Of a stretch of DNA of 64,000 bases, positions 8,591 to 18,311 are shown in pieces; position 1 is the first letter of the stretch; every line of letters starts with the position of its first letter. The notes beneath the pieces were generated by a model. That model saw only the letters and a list, made by a program, of their open reading frames with translations, did no database searches and was not told the origin of the DNA. Origin of the DNA: Minisyncoccia bacterium (GTDB lineage: Bacteria > Patescibacteriota > Minisyncoccia > Phycocordibacterales > UBA9973); the NCBI GenBank assembly GCA_039809245.1, contig JBDHUP010000003.1, positions 41,069 through 105,068 on the forward strand, in the 5' to 3' direction. The position numbers were made by a program, and so were the translations under genes.

Positions 8591-9541
8591 TTAGATGATT
8601 ACATTACCTTTTTGAATTTCATTAACTGTTGGGCTGTTTATAAAATCCGTCCAAGGGATAAGTACATCTGTCGTCTGTTTATAAATACATATACGTACAT
8701 AATACTCGTTCATTATACGTTCTACTCTAACTCCATAGAATCCCTCATAGCACTTATCCTTTGCAGGACAATTGCTACAAATACTATTTAAGTAATATGG
8801 AAAAGCTATTTTAACAGATAGAATTTTGCCTTCAGAAGTAATATAGCGATTGGTGACATTAGAACTACCAGCTCTTTGATACCCGTTAATTTTAGAGGCA
8901 CCAAGATTTTTTAGTATATCTTCAATCACTTCCTGGCTTTCAAATGGTTCAACTAGATTATTTAATAACCTAATTTCCGGAACTCTGTCTTTTTGCAAAT
9001 TTAACAATGTTTTTACAGATTTTAACGTTTTATCAAAGTCACCATAAGCAACGATGTTAATTCTTGAATCTATACCACTTTCTACGATATTCTTAACATT
9101 ATTAAACTGGTTTTCCAAAGCATTTTCCGCCCATGATAAATTCTTCTTAACAGATTCCAGGCTTAGTAAGTCTTTGGCAGATGTATCGTGAATGCTGACA
9201 ACAACTTTTGTAAGACCAGCATTCTTGAATTTGCTCCACTCGTCGACTGAGATTTTTTTTATGCCATTTGTAGTTACAGAGATTTCATCGGACAATTTAC
9301 TTAATCCTGAAACAATAGACATAAACTCAGGGTGTATGGTAGGCTCTCCTCCGGTTAGCATTATTCGGCCTATGGCTGTCTTTTTCATTATCTGATCTAT
9401 ACAGTTGTAGAAATCATCATTAGGTATAACGTTCTTGATATTTTTCATATCTCCTTCTTCATGACAAAAAGAGCAAGTACGGTTACACGTGCCAGTCAAT
9501 TTTATTCTAATTGCTGGCATAGTTATGGTCATGTTTTCCAT
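8591..9541 (-). CDS. Radical SAM enzyme, MoaA-like scaffold, function unknown
   Basis: CNRTCSFC cluster motif followed by HEEG, LTGGEP, TTNG; C-terminal CSNC-x5-CYEG auxiliary cysteine cluster. Confidence 0.85.
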   Translation of the reverse strand: MENMTITMPAIRIKLTGTCNRTCSFCHEEGDMKNIKNVIPNDDFYNCIDQIMKKTAIGRIMLTGGEPTIHPEFMSIVSGLSKLSDEISVTTNGIKKISVDEWSKFKNAGLTKVVVSIHDTSAKDLLSLESVKKNLSWAENALENQFNNVKNIVESGIDSRINIVAYGDFDKTLKSVKTLLNLQKDRVPEIRLLNNLVEPFESQEVIEDILKNLGASKINGYQRAGSSNVTNRYITSEGKILSVKIAFPYYLNSICSNCPAKDKCYEGFYGVRVERIMNEYYVRICIYKQTTDVLIPWTDFINSPTVNEIQKGNVII

Positions 9542-9556
9542 TTTTTACTTTTTAAA

Positions 9557-10168
9557 TTAAAGATATTGTTTTACTCCATGAAATATACTTACTAAATCTA
9601 ATGATTCAGAATTATATTTATAAATTTGGAAAAGTGATTTATTTTGAACTTCTTCTATAAAAGGATATATCCTTTGGTTAAAAAGTTTCATCCTTTTATT
9701 AAATTCATTCTCATTAGTGTCGTCTCTCTTGAGCATTTCCTTATTATGAATTGGGCAAAGATCTCCTATCAATCCAGGGAAATTACAAATTGGGCAAACT
9801 ACTCTGCCAAAAAATCTTTTTCTTAAAATTTCTTCAGAAGCTTCAAGATATATACCAAAAATAATGTTGTATCCTTTTGAGAGTTCTGAATACTCTATTT
9901 CAGATATTGGATACCCTGAGATACTAGCTAATGGTTTACTACAATCATAATGGTTATTAATAAGCTTAAGATCGTCATCAGGATTTATTGGTAGATTTTT
10001 ATCAATGTTGTATTTTAGATTTTTCCCCAAAATTGATTCCTTTTGAATTTCTTCTCTTTTTATATCCCCAAATGATATATATGGTAATCCGAATTCTAAT
10101 TCTATTTTTTTGCCAAGAGAGCTTTTCCCAGAGGAGGTGTTTCCTAGGATTATAACTAGCTTTTTCAT
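9557..10168 (-). CDS. Adenylate-kinase-like nucleoside monophosphate kinase (divergent)
   Basis: P-loop GNTSSGKS, ISFGDI, GYP, Zn-lid CPIC...CPIH, RDD. Confidence 0.8.
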   Translation of the reverse strand: MKKLVIILGNTSSGKSSLGKKIELEFGLPYISFGDIKREEIQKESILGKNLKYNIDKNLPINPDDDLKLINNHYDCSKPLASISGYPISEIEYSELSKGYNIIFGIYLEASEEILRKRFFGRVVCPICNFPGLIGDLCPIHNKEMLKRDDTNENEFNKRMKLFNQRIYPFIEEVQNKSLFQIYKYNSESLDLVSIFHGVKQYL

Positions 10169-10224
10169 TGTATTTATTTTTTAAAGGGTTAGACTAATTT
10201 GATACTAATTTAACCACGAAAAAT

Positions 10225-10261
10225 AAAATAAAGCAAGGGGTTGCTTGCCTTGCTTTATTTT
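10225..10261 (-). terminator. Intrinsic terminator after the DHS-like gene
   Basis: aaaataaagcaagg...ccttgctttatttt inverted repeat. Confidence 0.7.
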
Positions 10262-10274
10262 AAACTTAATATGA

Positions 10275-11294
10275 CTATTTACTATACTTTTCTATTACTT
10301 TATTCGCCTCGTCAGGATTTGCTTTACATTCTAGGAGCGCAGTAAGCATCAAAGGTACTACGATAGTAGCATCAGATTCAATGACGAACATTGGAGTGTC
10401 TTTGGTAAGCTTATCCCAAGTAATCTTCTCGTTTGGAGTTGCTCCTGAGTATGAACCGTATGATGTGGTAGAGTCGGATATCTGACAGAAGTAAGCCCAA
10501 GGCTTCGCTTCTTGCTCCATATCGTACTTAAGAGATGGAACTACACATATAGGGAAATCCCCAGCGATACCTCCTCCGATTTGGAAGAATCCAATTCCCT
10601 CTCCACTTGAGAGTTCTTGATACTGATCGTAGAAAGCTCCCATGTATTCGATACCAGACTTTGCAATAGATGCACTTGCGTCACCCATCTTCACATGAGA
10701 AGCAAAAATATTTCCAAATGTTGAGTCTTCATATCCAGGTACAACTATTGGAAGGTTCATCTCGGCTGCTGCAAGTAACCAGCATTCATCAGCATTACCT
10801 TCGTGAGCTTCTTTATCTAAAGTCTGAATAAGATCATAGAAGTATTCATGCCAGAACTTGCGAGTACCTTCCTCTGTGGCTTTCTTCCAGACTGGAACTA
10901 TATGCTTCTCAACTGCTCGAAATGCTTCGTCTTCAGGAATACTAGTATCAGTCACTCGGCGCATACGATTCTCTAGAATCTTTGTATCATCTTCCTTTGT
11001 AAAGTATCTGTAATCAGGAAAATCTTTATAGCTATCATGAGCAACTAAACGGAAAAGTGACTCCTCAAGGTTCGCACCTGTCACAGACATACCGCTTATA
11101 AGTCCTGCACGGATTGCCGGAGCAAGGACAATGCCTAGCTGAGCAGAACTCATAGCTCCAGCTACAGCCCAGAACATCTTGCCTCCCTTCTCTGCATGAC
11201 GCCAGTACGCTATAAGTGCATCTCGAGTAGCACGAGCATTAAAGTTCTTGTAATTTTTTAATATAAATTCTAGTGTTGAAAGATTTTTTTGCAT
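10275..11294 (-). CDS. Deoxyhypusine-synthase-like protein (bacterial; SpeY-like homospermidine synthase candidate)
   Basis: AGAMS, TGANLEE, DSTFG, IGGGIAGDF, GSYSGA.PNEKITWDK, SDATIV motifs. Confidence 0.88.
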   Translation of the reverse strand: MQKNLSTLEFILKNYKNFNARATRDALIAYWRHAEKGGKMFWAVAGAMSSAQLGIVLAPAIRAGLISGMSVTGANLEESLFRLVAHDSYKDFPDYRYFTKEDDTKILENRMRRVTDTSIPEDEAFRAVEKHIVPVWKKATEEGTRKFWHEYFYDLIQTLDKEAHEGNADECWLLAAAEMNLPIVVPGYEDSTFGNIFASHVKMGDASASIAKSGIEYMGAFYDQYQELSSGEGIGFFQIGGGIAGDFPICVVPSLKYDMEQEAKPWAYFCQISDSTTSYGSYSGATPNEKITWDKLTKDTPMFVIESDATIVVPLMLTALLECKANPDEANKVIEKYSK

Positions 11295-11336
11295 AAAGTT
11301 ATTTTAGCATTTTATCAATATGTAGCAAATTATAAA

Positions 11337-12716
11337 TTACCATCCAAAACCCTTACCGACATCATCAGGAGATTCGCGCTTACGAGCAACTACGATGTGC
11401 CCATTCTCAGCGATTAACTTAAGTGGAGATGAGAGCATGCAGTGGTGCATAGCAAGTGGATCTTGATAAGCCCCTGTATCGTAAACGACAACATACCTAG
11501 GCTCACCTGTTGCACTGTCATAGTCTGGTAAGGTTACAGTACCATCTATACCTGTATATATATCATCTGAATCACAGCTAGAACCAGCAAGCCATACATC
11601 TGTGAGGTCGCCATCGTGCTTATTATTTGCTGGTGAGACTGCCCATTTCTGACCTATAGCCCAAGTGTCGAGAAGATCATTCATAAAGCTTCCATCAATA
11701 ACGTACCACTTCTTCGCAGGACTCTTCTTGTTTGTGATTGCTTTCGTATCGATAATCTTGAAAACTGTTATCTGAGCTGGGGCTACGATGTAGCGACCCC
11801 ATTCACAGATTAGGTTTGGGTGTGATAGTCCTCTTTTCTCTGACTCTGTTTTTATAAGCTTTAAAATTTTCTCCATTAACTTATTCACTGGGTAGCTCTT
11901 GCTACGAGTGTAAGGTATCGGCATACCACCTCCGATATCTAGAGTATCGAGTGATGGATTCTTCTCCTTTAGTTTAAAGTAGACATCGAGCGCATATTTA
12001 ATCGGACCCATAACATCTGAAAGCTTCTCTATCTGTGAACCTATATGGTAATGCAAAATCTTAAGATTCTTAAATGAACCCATTTCAATGATTTCTTTTG
12101 CTGAGAATCCGAAGCGGTCAATCGGCTTGTTCCAGTATGAGCTTGCCTTGATCGGCATATCTAGACGAATACCAACGTCGTACTTGGAATATTGTAAAAA
12201 CTTAAGTTCATTTGGTCCTTCGATAAGTGGAAAGATTTTCACTCCTTTGTGCTGAAGGTCATCGATAAGGGAAATATATTTATCAGTCTTCGGTCCTGAG
12301 CATAGAATGCGAATGTTTGGATTGAAAGTCTCTTGCTCGAGCATCTTCTTCACAAGCCAAAGATCGTTATATGAAGAAGTCTCAAGATGTGCCCCTTCAC
12401 CGACTATAGCCATCACAACCTCCTTGTTCTGGTTTACTTTCATCGGATAGTGGTAGAAGAACTTGCCTTGATATTTGACCTTCTTTGATAAATCTTTAAC
12501 TAAGTCTAAGAAGTCCTCAAGACGCTCTTCAATAACAAAAGGCATCAGTATCTCAAGTGAGGTACCGAATTTCTCAGCCATATAGCGGACATTATAAATA
12601 TTGTGACCTTCCTTTATGATAAGGTCGCCATCTTTATTGAAATCAAAATATTGAGTATTAAATTCCTCTGCACCAATCTTCCAAAGCTTCTTTGAAGCGA
12701 CAGAACGTTTAGTCAT
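11337..12716 (-). CDS. speA: Arginine decarboxylase-like PLP enzyme (alanine-racemase fold)
   Basis: YPMKVNQ PLP-lysine motif, HYHIGSQI, DIGGG, EWGR, SCDSDD, GAYQD.L...H; clustered with agmatinase. Confidence 0.78.
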   Translation of the reverse strand: MTKRSVASKKLWKIGAEEFNTQYFDFNKDGDLIIKEGHNIYNVRYMAEKFGTSLEILMPFVIEERLEDFLDLVKDLSKKVKYQGKFFYHYPMKVNQNKEVVMAIVGEGAHLETSSYNDLWLVKKMLEQETFNPNIRILCSGPKTDKYISLIDDLQHKGVKIFPLIEGPNELKFLQYSKYDVGIRLDMPIKASSYWNKPIDRFGFSAKEIIEMGSFKNLKILHYHIGSQIEKLSDVMGPIKYALDVYFKLKEKNPSLDTLDIGGGMPIPYTRSKSYPVNKLMEKILKLIKTESEKRGLSHPNLICEWGRYIVAPAQITVFKIIDTKAITNKKSPAKKWYVIDGSFMNDLLDTWAIGQKWAVSPANNKHDGDLTDVWLAGSSCDSDDIYTGIDGTVTLPDYDSATGEPRYVVVYDTGAYQDPLAMHHCMLSSPLKLIAENGHIVVARKRESPDDVGKGFGW

Positions 12717-12815
12717 TTCATTACATCAAGCAAGACTTCCTGCCTGTGATAAATATTAATAAAGCCATAATAACAAACTGTGAGGATATGTAAAGGGTTT
12801 TAGTAAATAAACGAA

Positions 12816-12856
12816 AAGAACCTAATCCTCTACTATTGATAGAGAATTAGGTTCTT
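12816..12856 (-). terminator. Terminator hairpin
   Basis: aagaacctaat...attaggttctt. Confidence 0.6.
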
Positions 12857-12862
12857 ATTTTG

Positions 12863-13075
12863 TTATTTAGTTAGATCCTTTGTTGTTAAGTAATACCATA
12901 GAAGTTTTGGCCAACCAAAAATTGTCTTAATTCTTTCTTTACGGCTTGGATGATCACCATCTGATAAACTTAGTAAAAATCCTATTCCTAAATAAATTGT
13001 TACTGCTATACATAGAAGTAATATTGCAAGAATTAGTAATATTTTAACTTCCATACTGGTTAGTAATATAATCAT
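12863..13075 (-). CDS. Small membrane protein, unknown function
   Basis: 70-aa ORF with one long hydrophobic helix and a GWP motif, followed by a terminator. Confidence 0.55.
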   Translation of the reverse strand: MIILLTSMEVKILLILAILLLCIAVTIYLGIGFLLSLSDGDHPSRKERIKTIFGWPKLLWYYLTTKDLTK

Positions 13076-13163
13076 TTTTTAGTTTTTTTATTGAGTTTAA
13101 ACAATATTTTAAAATCAATAGTAGCAAAACTACAGAATATGTAAATAGAAAAAGAGAGGATAA

Positions 13164-14237
13164 CTATATCCCCTCTTCTTTCAACTTATTTATGAGCTCT
13201 TTGGCGCTCTTTGAGATCTTCTTCGGCATCTCTATTCGAACTCGGATTATGATGTCGCCTCGGCCTCGGCCAGATGGTACACCTTTACCTTTGACTCTTA
13301 GAAGTTCGTTATGGTTGATACCTTCTGGAATCTTCACTTCCATAACATTACCTTCCAGTGTCTTTAATTTATAAGTCATTCCAAGTAATGCATCTGAGAG
13401 TTTGATTGGTAAGTCGAGAGTAAGGTTTAAACCATCGCGTCTGAATGTCGGATGAGATCTGACATTAATCTTGATATATAAATCTCCAGCTTGGCCGCCT
13501 TGGATAGCTTCACCCATGCCAGTCATGCGGACCATTTCACCGGCGTTAATACCGGCTGGAATATTCACAGTTATCTCCTCTTGCTTGTTGCGGACTCCTT
13601 TGCCATGACATTCACTACACTTCTCGGCTGGAACCTTTCCTTGGCCATGACAAGTGTCGCAAGTCTTCCTTGTCTCAAATGTCCCCAAGATTGAGCGCTT
13701 CATCTCGCGTATCTGACCATTACCGTTACATGTCTTACATGTGTCCATCTTCGTGCCTGGCTTGCCTCCTGTACCTTTACAGATATCACAAACTGACTGC
13801 TTCGAAAGAAGAATGGTACGAGTCACTCCAAAGACAGATTCCTCAAATGACAAATCTATCTCGGTTGAAATATCCCTACCTCTTTTAGCTTGGCTTCTGC
13901 GTCCACCTCCACCAAAAAAGTCTCCGAAGATATCTCCAAGGTCACCCATGTCAAACTCCACTCCACCTTGTCCAGAGAAATCGAAACCTCCAAAACCTCC
14001 TCCTCCTTGTCCAGGATTAAAGCCTTGTGGGCCATCGGCACCGAAGCGATCGTACTGAGCACGCTTCTGGTCGTCGGAAAGAGTCTGGTAAGCTTGGTTC
14101 ACTTCCTTGAACTTCGAATCATCTCCCTTGTTCTTATCAGGGTGGTACTTATGTGCGAGCTTATGATAGGCCTTCTTCAGTTCATCCTTCGATGCACCTT
14201 TCTGCACGCCTAATATTTCGTAGTAATCTTTTGCCAT
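13164..14237 (-). CDS. dnaJ: Chaperone DnaJ
   Basis: J-domain HPD, G/F region, four CxxCxGxG repeats. Confidence 0.98.
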   Translation of the reverse strand: MAKDYYEILGVQKGASKDELKKAYHKLAHKYHPDKNKGDDSKFKEVNQAYQTLSDDQKRAQYDRFGADGPQGFNPGQGGGGFGGFDFSGQGGVEFDMGDLGDIFGDFFGGGGRRSQAKRGRDISTEIDLSFEESVFGVTRTILLSKQSVCDICKGTGGKPGTKMDTCKTCNGNGQIREMKRSILGTFETRKTCDTCHGQGKVPAEKCSECHGKGVRNKQEEITVNIPAGINAGEMVRMTGMGEAIQGGQAGDLYIKINVRSHPTFRRDGLNLTLDLPIKLSDALLGMTYKLKTLEGNVMEVKIPEGINHNELLRVKGKGVPSGRGRGDIIIRVRIEMPKKISKSAKELINKLKEEGI

Positions 14238-14257
14238 AAAATTATATTAACATAATT

Positions 14258-16156
14258 TTATTTATTATCTGGATTTTCGTTTACTTCAGCGTCTTTGATT
14301 TCTTCAGATTGAGTTTCGGCTGTAGTGTTCTCGCCTTCTTTTGGCGCTTCACCTTTCTTTGCCATTTCTTCACCAATCTTTGAGAGTTCAGCTGTTAGAG
14401 CTTCAAGTGAAGACTTGATAGCATCAATATCTGTTCCTTCCTTTGCAGTTTTCACCGCTGCTATTTTTTCTTCAACAGAAGCTTTCAATTCTGGTGCAAC
14501 TTTGTCGCCGTATTCTTTTAGAGATTTCTCAGCAGAGAAGATCATCATTTCAGCTGTATTCTTCTCATCAACAAGAGCTTTCTTCTTCGCATCTTCGTCG
14601 GCGTGAGTTTCGGCTTCTTCTTGCATACGCTTGATGTCGGTATCTGTAAGACCAGATGAAGCTTCGATACGGATAGATTGCTCTTTACCACTTGCTTTAT
14701 CTTTAGCTTTCACATTTAAGATTCCGTTAGCATCCACATCGAAAGTCACTTCCACCTGAGGCATACCTCGTGGTGCTGGTGGAATACCATCTAGGATAAA
14801 TCGCCCTAGAGATTTGTTATCAGAAGCCATTGGGCGCTCACCTTGAGTGATATGAATCTCTACAGAAGTCTGATTATCAGCAGCTGTTGAGAACACTTGG
14901 CTCTTAGAGCTTGGGATGGTTGTATTGCGCTCTACGAGCTTTGTAGCCACGCCTCCGAGGGTCTCTATACCGAGTGATAGTGGAATCACATCAAGTAGTA
15001 GGACATCCTTCACATCACCTTGTAGAACTCCCGCTTGAACAGCTGCACCAAGTGCCACCACTTCATCTGGGTTGATAGAACGGTTCGGTTCTTTACCTCC
15101 AAATAGCTTCTTCACAGCTTCTACGATAGCTGGCATGCGAGTCTGACCTCCAACCATTATGATTTCATTTATTTCACTCATTTTAAATGGTGAAGCTTCC
15201 ATTGCGCGCTTGGTGATCTCGATTGAGCGAGTCACATATTCTTCAGCAAGAGATTCAAGAGTCGCACGAGTCATCTTAAGTAGTAAGTGCTGAGGTCCTG
15301 CATCTGTAGAAGTTATGAATGGAATATTTATTTCTGTTTCAGCTGTTGTTGAGAGTTCAATCTTAGCTTTCTCAGCTGCTTCATCTAGACGCTGAAGAGC
15401 TAGAGGATCTTTTGTCACATCGACGCCTGATTCTTTTTTAAACTGTTCAGCGATCCAAGATATAATCTTCTGGTCGATATCGCGACCTCCCATGTGTGAG
15501 TCACCATCTGTAGATTTCACTTCGATCACATCGTTTGAGACTTCAAGAACAGATACATCAAATGTTCCACCACCGAAGTCATAGACTACGATCTTCTCAT
15601 CTTTCTTTGTATTAAATCCGTACGCAAGTGCGGCTGCTGTCGGCTCGTTGATGATACGCTTCACATCAAGACCTGCGATCTGGCCTGCGTCCTTTGTCGC
15701 TTTTCTTTGAGCATCGTTGAAGTATGCTGGAACTGTAATGATCGCTTCTGTAATTTTCTCTCCAAGCTTTGCTTCGACATCAGCTTTAATCTTGGCAAGG
15801 ATCATCGCTGAGATTTCCTCTGGGCGCTTCCACTCATTGTTTAAGCTAACTTCTACTCCGCCATCTTTACCTTTTTGTGTTTTGAATGGATTTGTCTTTT
15901 GACTCTTCTGGATTTCTGGATCGTCGAACATATGACCCATGAAGCGCTTGATACCGTAGATGGTATTGGCAGGGTTTGTCACTGCTTGGCGCTTCGCAAG
16001 GAGGCCGACAAGACGGTCGCCATTCTTACCTACTGCCACGATAGATGGAGTAGTCCTCTGACCTTCTATATTCTCTATAATTTTTGGTTGGCCACCTTCG
16101 ATGATAGCTACTGCACTGTTTGTTGTACCTAAATCTATTCCTATTATTTTTGACAT
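14258..16156 (-). CDS. dnaK: Chaperone DnaK
   Basis: [32 protein letters not shown]. Confidence 0.99.
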   Translation of the reverse strand: MSKIIGIDLGTTNSAVAIIEGGQPKIIENIEGQRTTPSIVAVGKNGDRLVGLLAKRQAVTNPANTIYGIKRFMGHMFDDPEIQKSQKTNPFKTQKGKDGGVEVSLNNEWKRPEEISAMILAKIKADVEAKLGEKITEAIITVPAYFNDAQRKATKDAGQIAGLDVKRIINEPTAAALAYGFNTKKDEKIVVYDFGGGTFDVSVLEVSNDVIEVKSTDGDSHMGGRDIDQKIISWIAEQFKKESGVDVTKDPLALQRLDEAAEKAKIELSTTAETEINIPFITSTDAGPQHLLLKMTRATLESLAEEYVTRSIEITKRAMEASPFKMSEINEIIMVGGQTRMPAIVEAVKKLFGGKEPNRSINPDEVVALGAAVQAGVLQGDVKDVLLLDVIPLSLGIETLGGVATKLVERNTTIPSSKSQVFSTAADNQTSVEIHITQGERPMASDNKSLGRFILDGIPPAPRGMPQVEVTFDVDANGILNVKAKDKASGKEQSIRIEASSGLTDTDIKRMQEEAETHADEDAKKKALVDEKNTAEMMIFSAEKSLKEYGDKVAPELKASVEEKIAAVKTAKEGTDIDAIKSSLEALTAELSKIGEEMAKKGEAPKEGENTTAETQSEEIKDAEVNENPDNK

Positions 16157-16168
16157 ATTTTTTACTTA

Positions 16169-16246
16169 GCGAAGCAAATTATTTTATTTCTGAGCGGTCT
16201 GGTGACTTCCCCCGAGGACCCGAAGAAAGAATATAATTTGCGTAGC
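16169..16246. repeat. Imperfect inverted repeat / long hairpin just upstream of dnaK
   Basis: gcgaagcaaattattttatttc pairs with gaaagaatataatttgcgtagc (18 of 22 positions). Confidence 0.65.
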
Positions 16247-16268
16247 GTTTATAATAAATTAATAATAA

Positions 16269-16535
16269 TTACTTTTTTAAATCTGACGACTGGAGTGGAC
16301 TCGGGATTGGTGGAACTGACATGTCGATAACTCCATTTTGCTTTTCATAATTCTTGATATGGTTATCCAAGAATATCGCAATATCTTTCATAACTCGTGG
16401 AGTTGTCGCGAATACATCCATATTATTTCCAGAAGTAATTCCGAAATAAAAGATGTCCTTGTTGAAAGCTCCAATCGCTCCATCACAGAACTTCTTTGGT
16501 AACTGATTAAAATCTATTTTTGTTGGGTCTATCAT
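16269..16535 (-). CDS. Small hypothetical protein, DUF3467-like
   Basis: TP..MK.....L..HIKNYEKQNGVI resembles the DUF3467 C-terminal pattern. Confidence 0.55.
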   Translation of the reverse strand: MIDPTKIDFNQLPKKFCDGAIGAFNKDIFYFGITSGNNMDVFATTPRVMKDIAIFLDNHIKNYEKQNGVIDMSVPPIPSPLQSSDLKK

Positions 16536-16665
16536 ATATTTTTCTACTTAATTTAATAATTTTCGATTTCTGAAGTTATTATATACCTATCGTTTATTTT
16601 TGACAAGTATTTCGTGACCACAAAAAGTATGTTGATATTATATTTGTAGCTGATATAATGTCAAT

Positions 16666-17214
16666 ATGGCTAAAAAACCATCAATCCAAAAGGCAATACT
16701 CAAAAGCATCTCTCGAAAGAAAGCTATTACCCTAGAAACAGTTAAAAATGACCTAAAAGAGGCTATTTTAGCTGAAAATGAAGGGCAGAAAGGCACATAT
16801 GCCATTACTCGGTCTATCAAGAATCTCCTTTCTGATGGGCTTATAGAGGCCTTTAATTCAGAGCATAAACAGTATTTCCGCCTGACTAATGATGGTAAGC
16901 ATAAACTCAATAATATCGCCCTTGAAGCTGAAGGTGGACTAGTATCTACCAAGTGGGATGGCTATTGGAGAATGGTTCTCCTTGACCTTCCAGAAGAACG
17001 CAAGAGCGAACGAGAAGCTCTCCGCTACTTGCTCAAGAAAGCCGGATTCATATGTATTAAGAATTCTGTCTGGATATCGATGTACCCTTTCGAGCACCTA
17101 TTCACAAATATAAAAAAAGATCTCGGCCTGACGACAGAGATGATGATAATAGTGACAGATAAAATAGATAAAGAAACCGAAGATTCATTCTTTCAATTAG
17201 TAAACCAAAAATAA
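16666..17214 (+). CDS. PaaX-like transcriptional regulator (wHTH + Cas2-like ferredoxin fold)
   Basis: YFRLT..G wing, WDGYWRMVLLDLPE, R..L...GF...KNSVWI. Confidence 0.82.
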   Translation: MAKKPSIQKAILKSISRKKAITLETVKNDLKEAILAENEGQKGTYAITRSIKNLLSDGLIEAFNSEHKQYFRLTNDGKHKLNNIALEAEGGLVSTKWDGYWRMVLLDLPEERKSEREALRYLLKKAGFICIKNSVWISMYPFEHLFTNIKKDLGLTTEMMIIVTDKIDKETEDSFFQLVNQK

Positions 17215-17236
17215 AACTCCATTTCTGGAGTTTTAT
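17211..17236. terminator. Bidirectional terminator between the PaaX-like gene and grpE
   Basis: ataaaactcca-tttc-tggagttttat. Confidence 0.65.
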
Positions 17237-17829
17237 TTTTTATATTCATATATATTTACTCTGGCTGGGCGGACTACCCTCTCGCCTATTTTGTATCCGG
17301 CTTGGATTATTTTTTCTATGGTATGATCTTTTGATTCATCATCAGTTGGAATACTTTCGATAGACTGATGTAGATTCGGATCAAAAGGAACTCCAACTTT
17401 ATCAATCTTTTCAACTCCAGAATCAGAAAGACTTGAGATGAATTGCTGGTAGATGTACTCCACACCCGTGCGCCAATTCTTATCGACTTTCTCCCATGAT
17501 TCTTTGTTCGCAAATGCCATATCGAAGCTATCGAGAGCTGGAAGTAAATTCTCTACCATTTTCTCTTTTGTAAGTATTGCCGCACTCTTGCGAACTTGAT
17601 CCATTTCTTTCTGTAGGTTCACATAGTCAGCTTTTGCTCTCTGCCAACCAGTCAGGTACTCTTCTTTATCAGCGCGGGCTTGCTTCAGATCATCGCGAAG
17701 CTTCTTCGCTACATCTTTCGTAGGCAGCGCGTCTCCATCCTCTGTACTAGGAACAACCTCGACATCTTCAAATGCCTCCATCATTTCATCTTTTAAATTT
17801 TTCTTATTTTCTTCATTAGTATCACTCAT
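17233..17829 (-). CDS. grpE: Nucleotide exchange factor GrpE
   Basis: QRAKADYVN, LLPALD, FDPNLH, GY.IG.RVVRPARV. Confidence 0.96.
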   Translation of the reverse strand: MSDTNEENKKNLKDEMMEAFEDVEVVPSTEDGDALPTKDVAKKLRDDLKQARADKEEYLTGWQRAKADYVNLQKEMDQVRKSAAILTKEKMVENLLPALDSFDMAFANKESWEKVDKNWRTGVEYIYQQFISSLSDSGVEKIDKVGVPFDPNLHQSIESIPTDDESKDHTIEKIIQAGYKIGERVVRPARVNIYEYKK

Positions 17830-17845
17830 ATGGCTGTATAATAAA

Positions 17846-17879
17846 CAAAAAACCAGATTCTCGCAAATCTGATTTTTTG
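17846..17879 (-). terminator. Terminator after rpsI, overlapping the grpE promoter
   Basis: caaaaaaccagatt...aatctgattttttg; the minus strand also reads TTGCGA-17-TATTAT. Confidence 0.55.
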
Positions 17880-17886
17880 AAATATA

Positions 17887-18297
17887 TTAACGCTTAGACC
17901 ATTGTGGAGATTTACGAGCTTTCTTAAGACCGAATTTCTTACGTTCAACTTGACGAGGATCACGCTTAAGCATTTTCGCTTTTTTAAGTGGTGTACGTAG
18001 TTCTGTATCAAATAGGACAAGAGCACGTGAGATACCGTGGCGAACAGCTTCAGCTTGAGCATGAGAACCACCTCCACGTGTAGTAACTATTACTTCGAAC
18101 TTCTCAGAAGGTGTTGCAGTTTCAAATGCACCTGTAACGATCTTCTTAAGTTCTGCTGTTGGGAAGTATACAGATAGTTCTTTACCATTTATATCATAAG
18201 TAGTCTTTGATGCCTTTATAAGCTTAACTACCGCAGTAGCAGTCTTACGGCGACCAATTGCTCTAAAATATTCTTTTGTTGATGTTTTCTTTTCCAT
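17887..18297 (-). CDS. rpsI: 30S ribosomal protein S9 (start corrected to MEKKT)
   Basis: GRRKTATA, GGGSHAQA, RDPRQVERKK.GLKKARK.PQWSKR. Confidence 0.97.
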   Translation of the reverse strand: MEKKTSTKEYFRAIGRRKTATAVVKLIKASKTTYDINGKELSVYFPTAELKKIVTGAFETATPSEKFEVIVTTRGGGSHAQAEAVRHGISRALVLFDTELRTPLKKAKMLKRDPRQVERKKFGLKKARKSPQWSKR

Positions 18298-18311
18298 ATT
18301 ATTTCTATATT

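Noticed and set aside
8591-9541. Calling the radical SAM gene moaA or viperin
   Set aside because: It lacks the MoaA C-terminal pattern and Moco neighbours, and I cannot confirm viperin-specific motifs by eye. Left unnamed.
9557-10168. Housekeeping adk
   Set aside because: The P-loop and AMP-binding motifs are divergent (GNTSSGKS, SGYP) and it sits in an accessory block rather than beside secY.
10275-11294. eIF5A/EF-P hypusination enzyme
   Set aside because: No efp is adjacent, and linkage to arginine decarboxylase and agmatinase favours polyamine synthesis. Not formally excluded.
16666-17214. CRISPR-associated Cas2 / CRISPR system
   Set aside because: The Cas2-like segment is the middle domain of a PaaX-type regulator. 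No cas1 gene or repeat-spacer array was seen in the window.
16157-17886. CIRCE/HrcA regulation of the chaperone genes
   Set aside because: No TTAGCACTC-N9-GAGTGCTAA was seen upstream of grpE or dnaK, and no hrcA is in the window.
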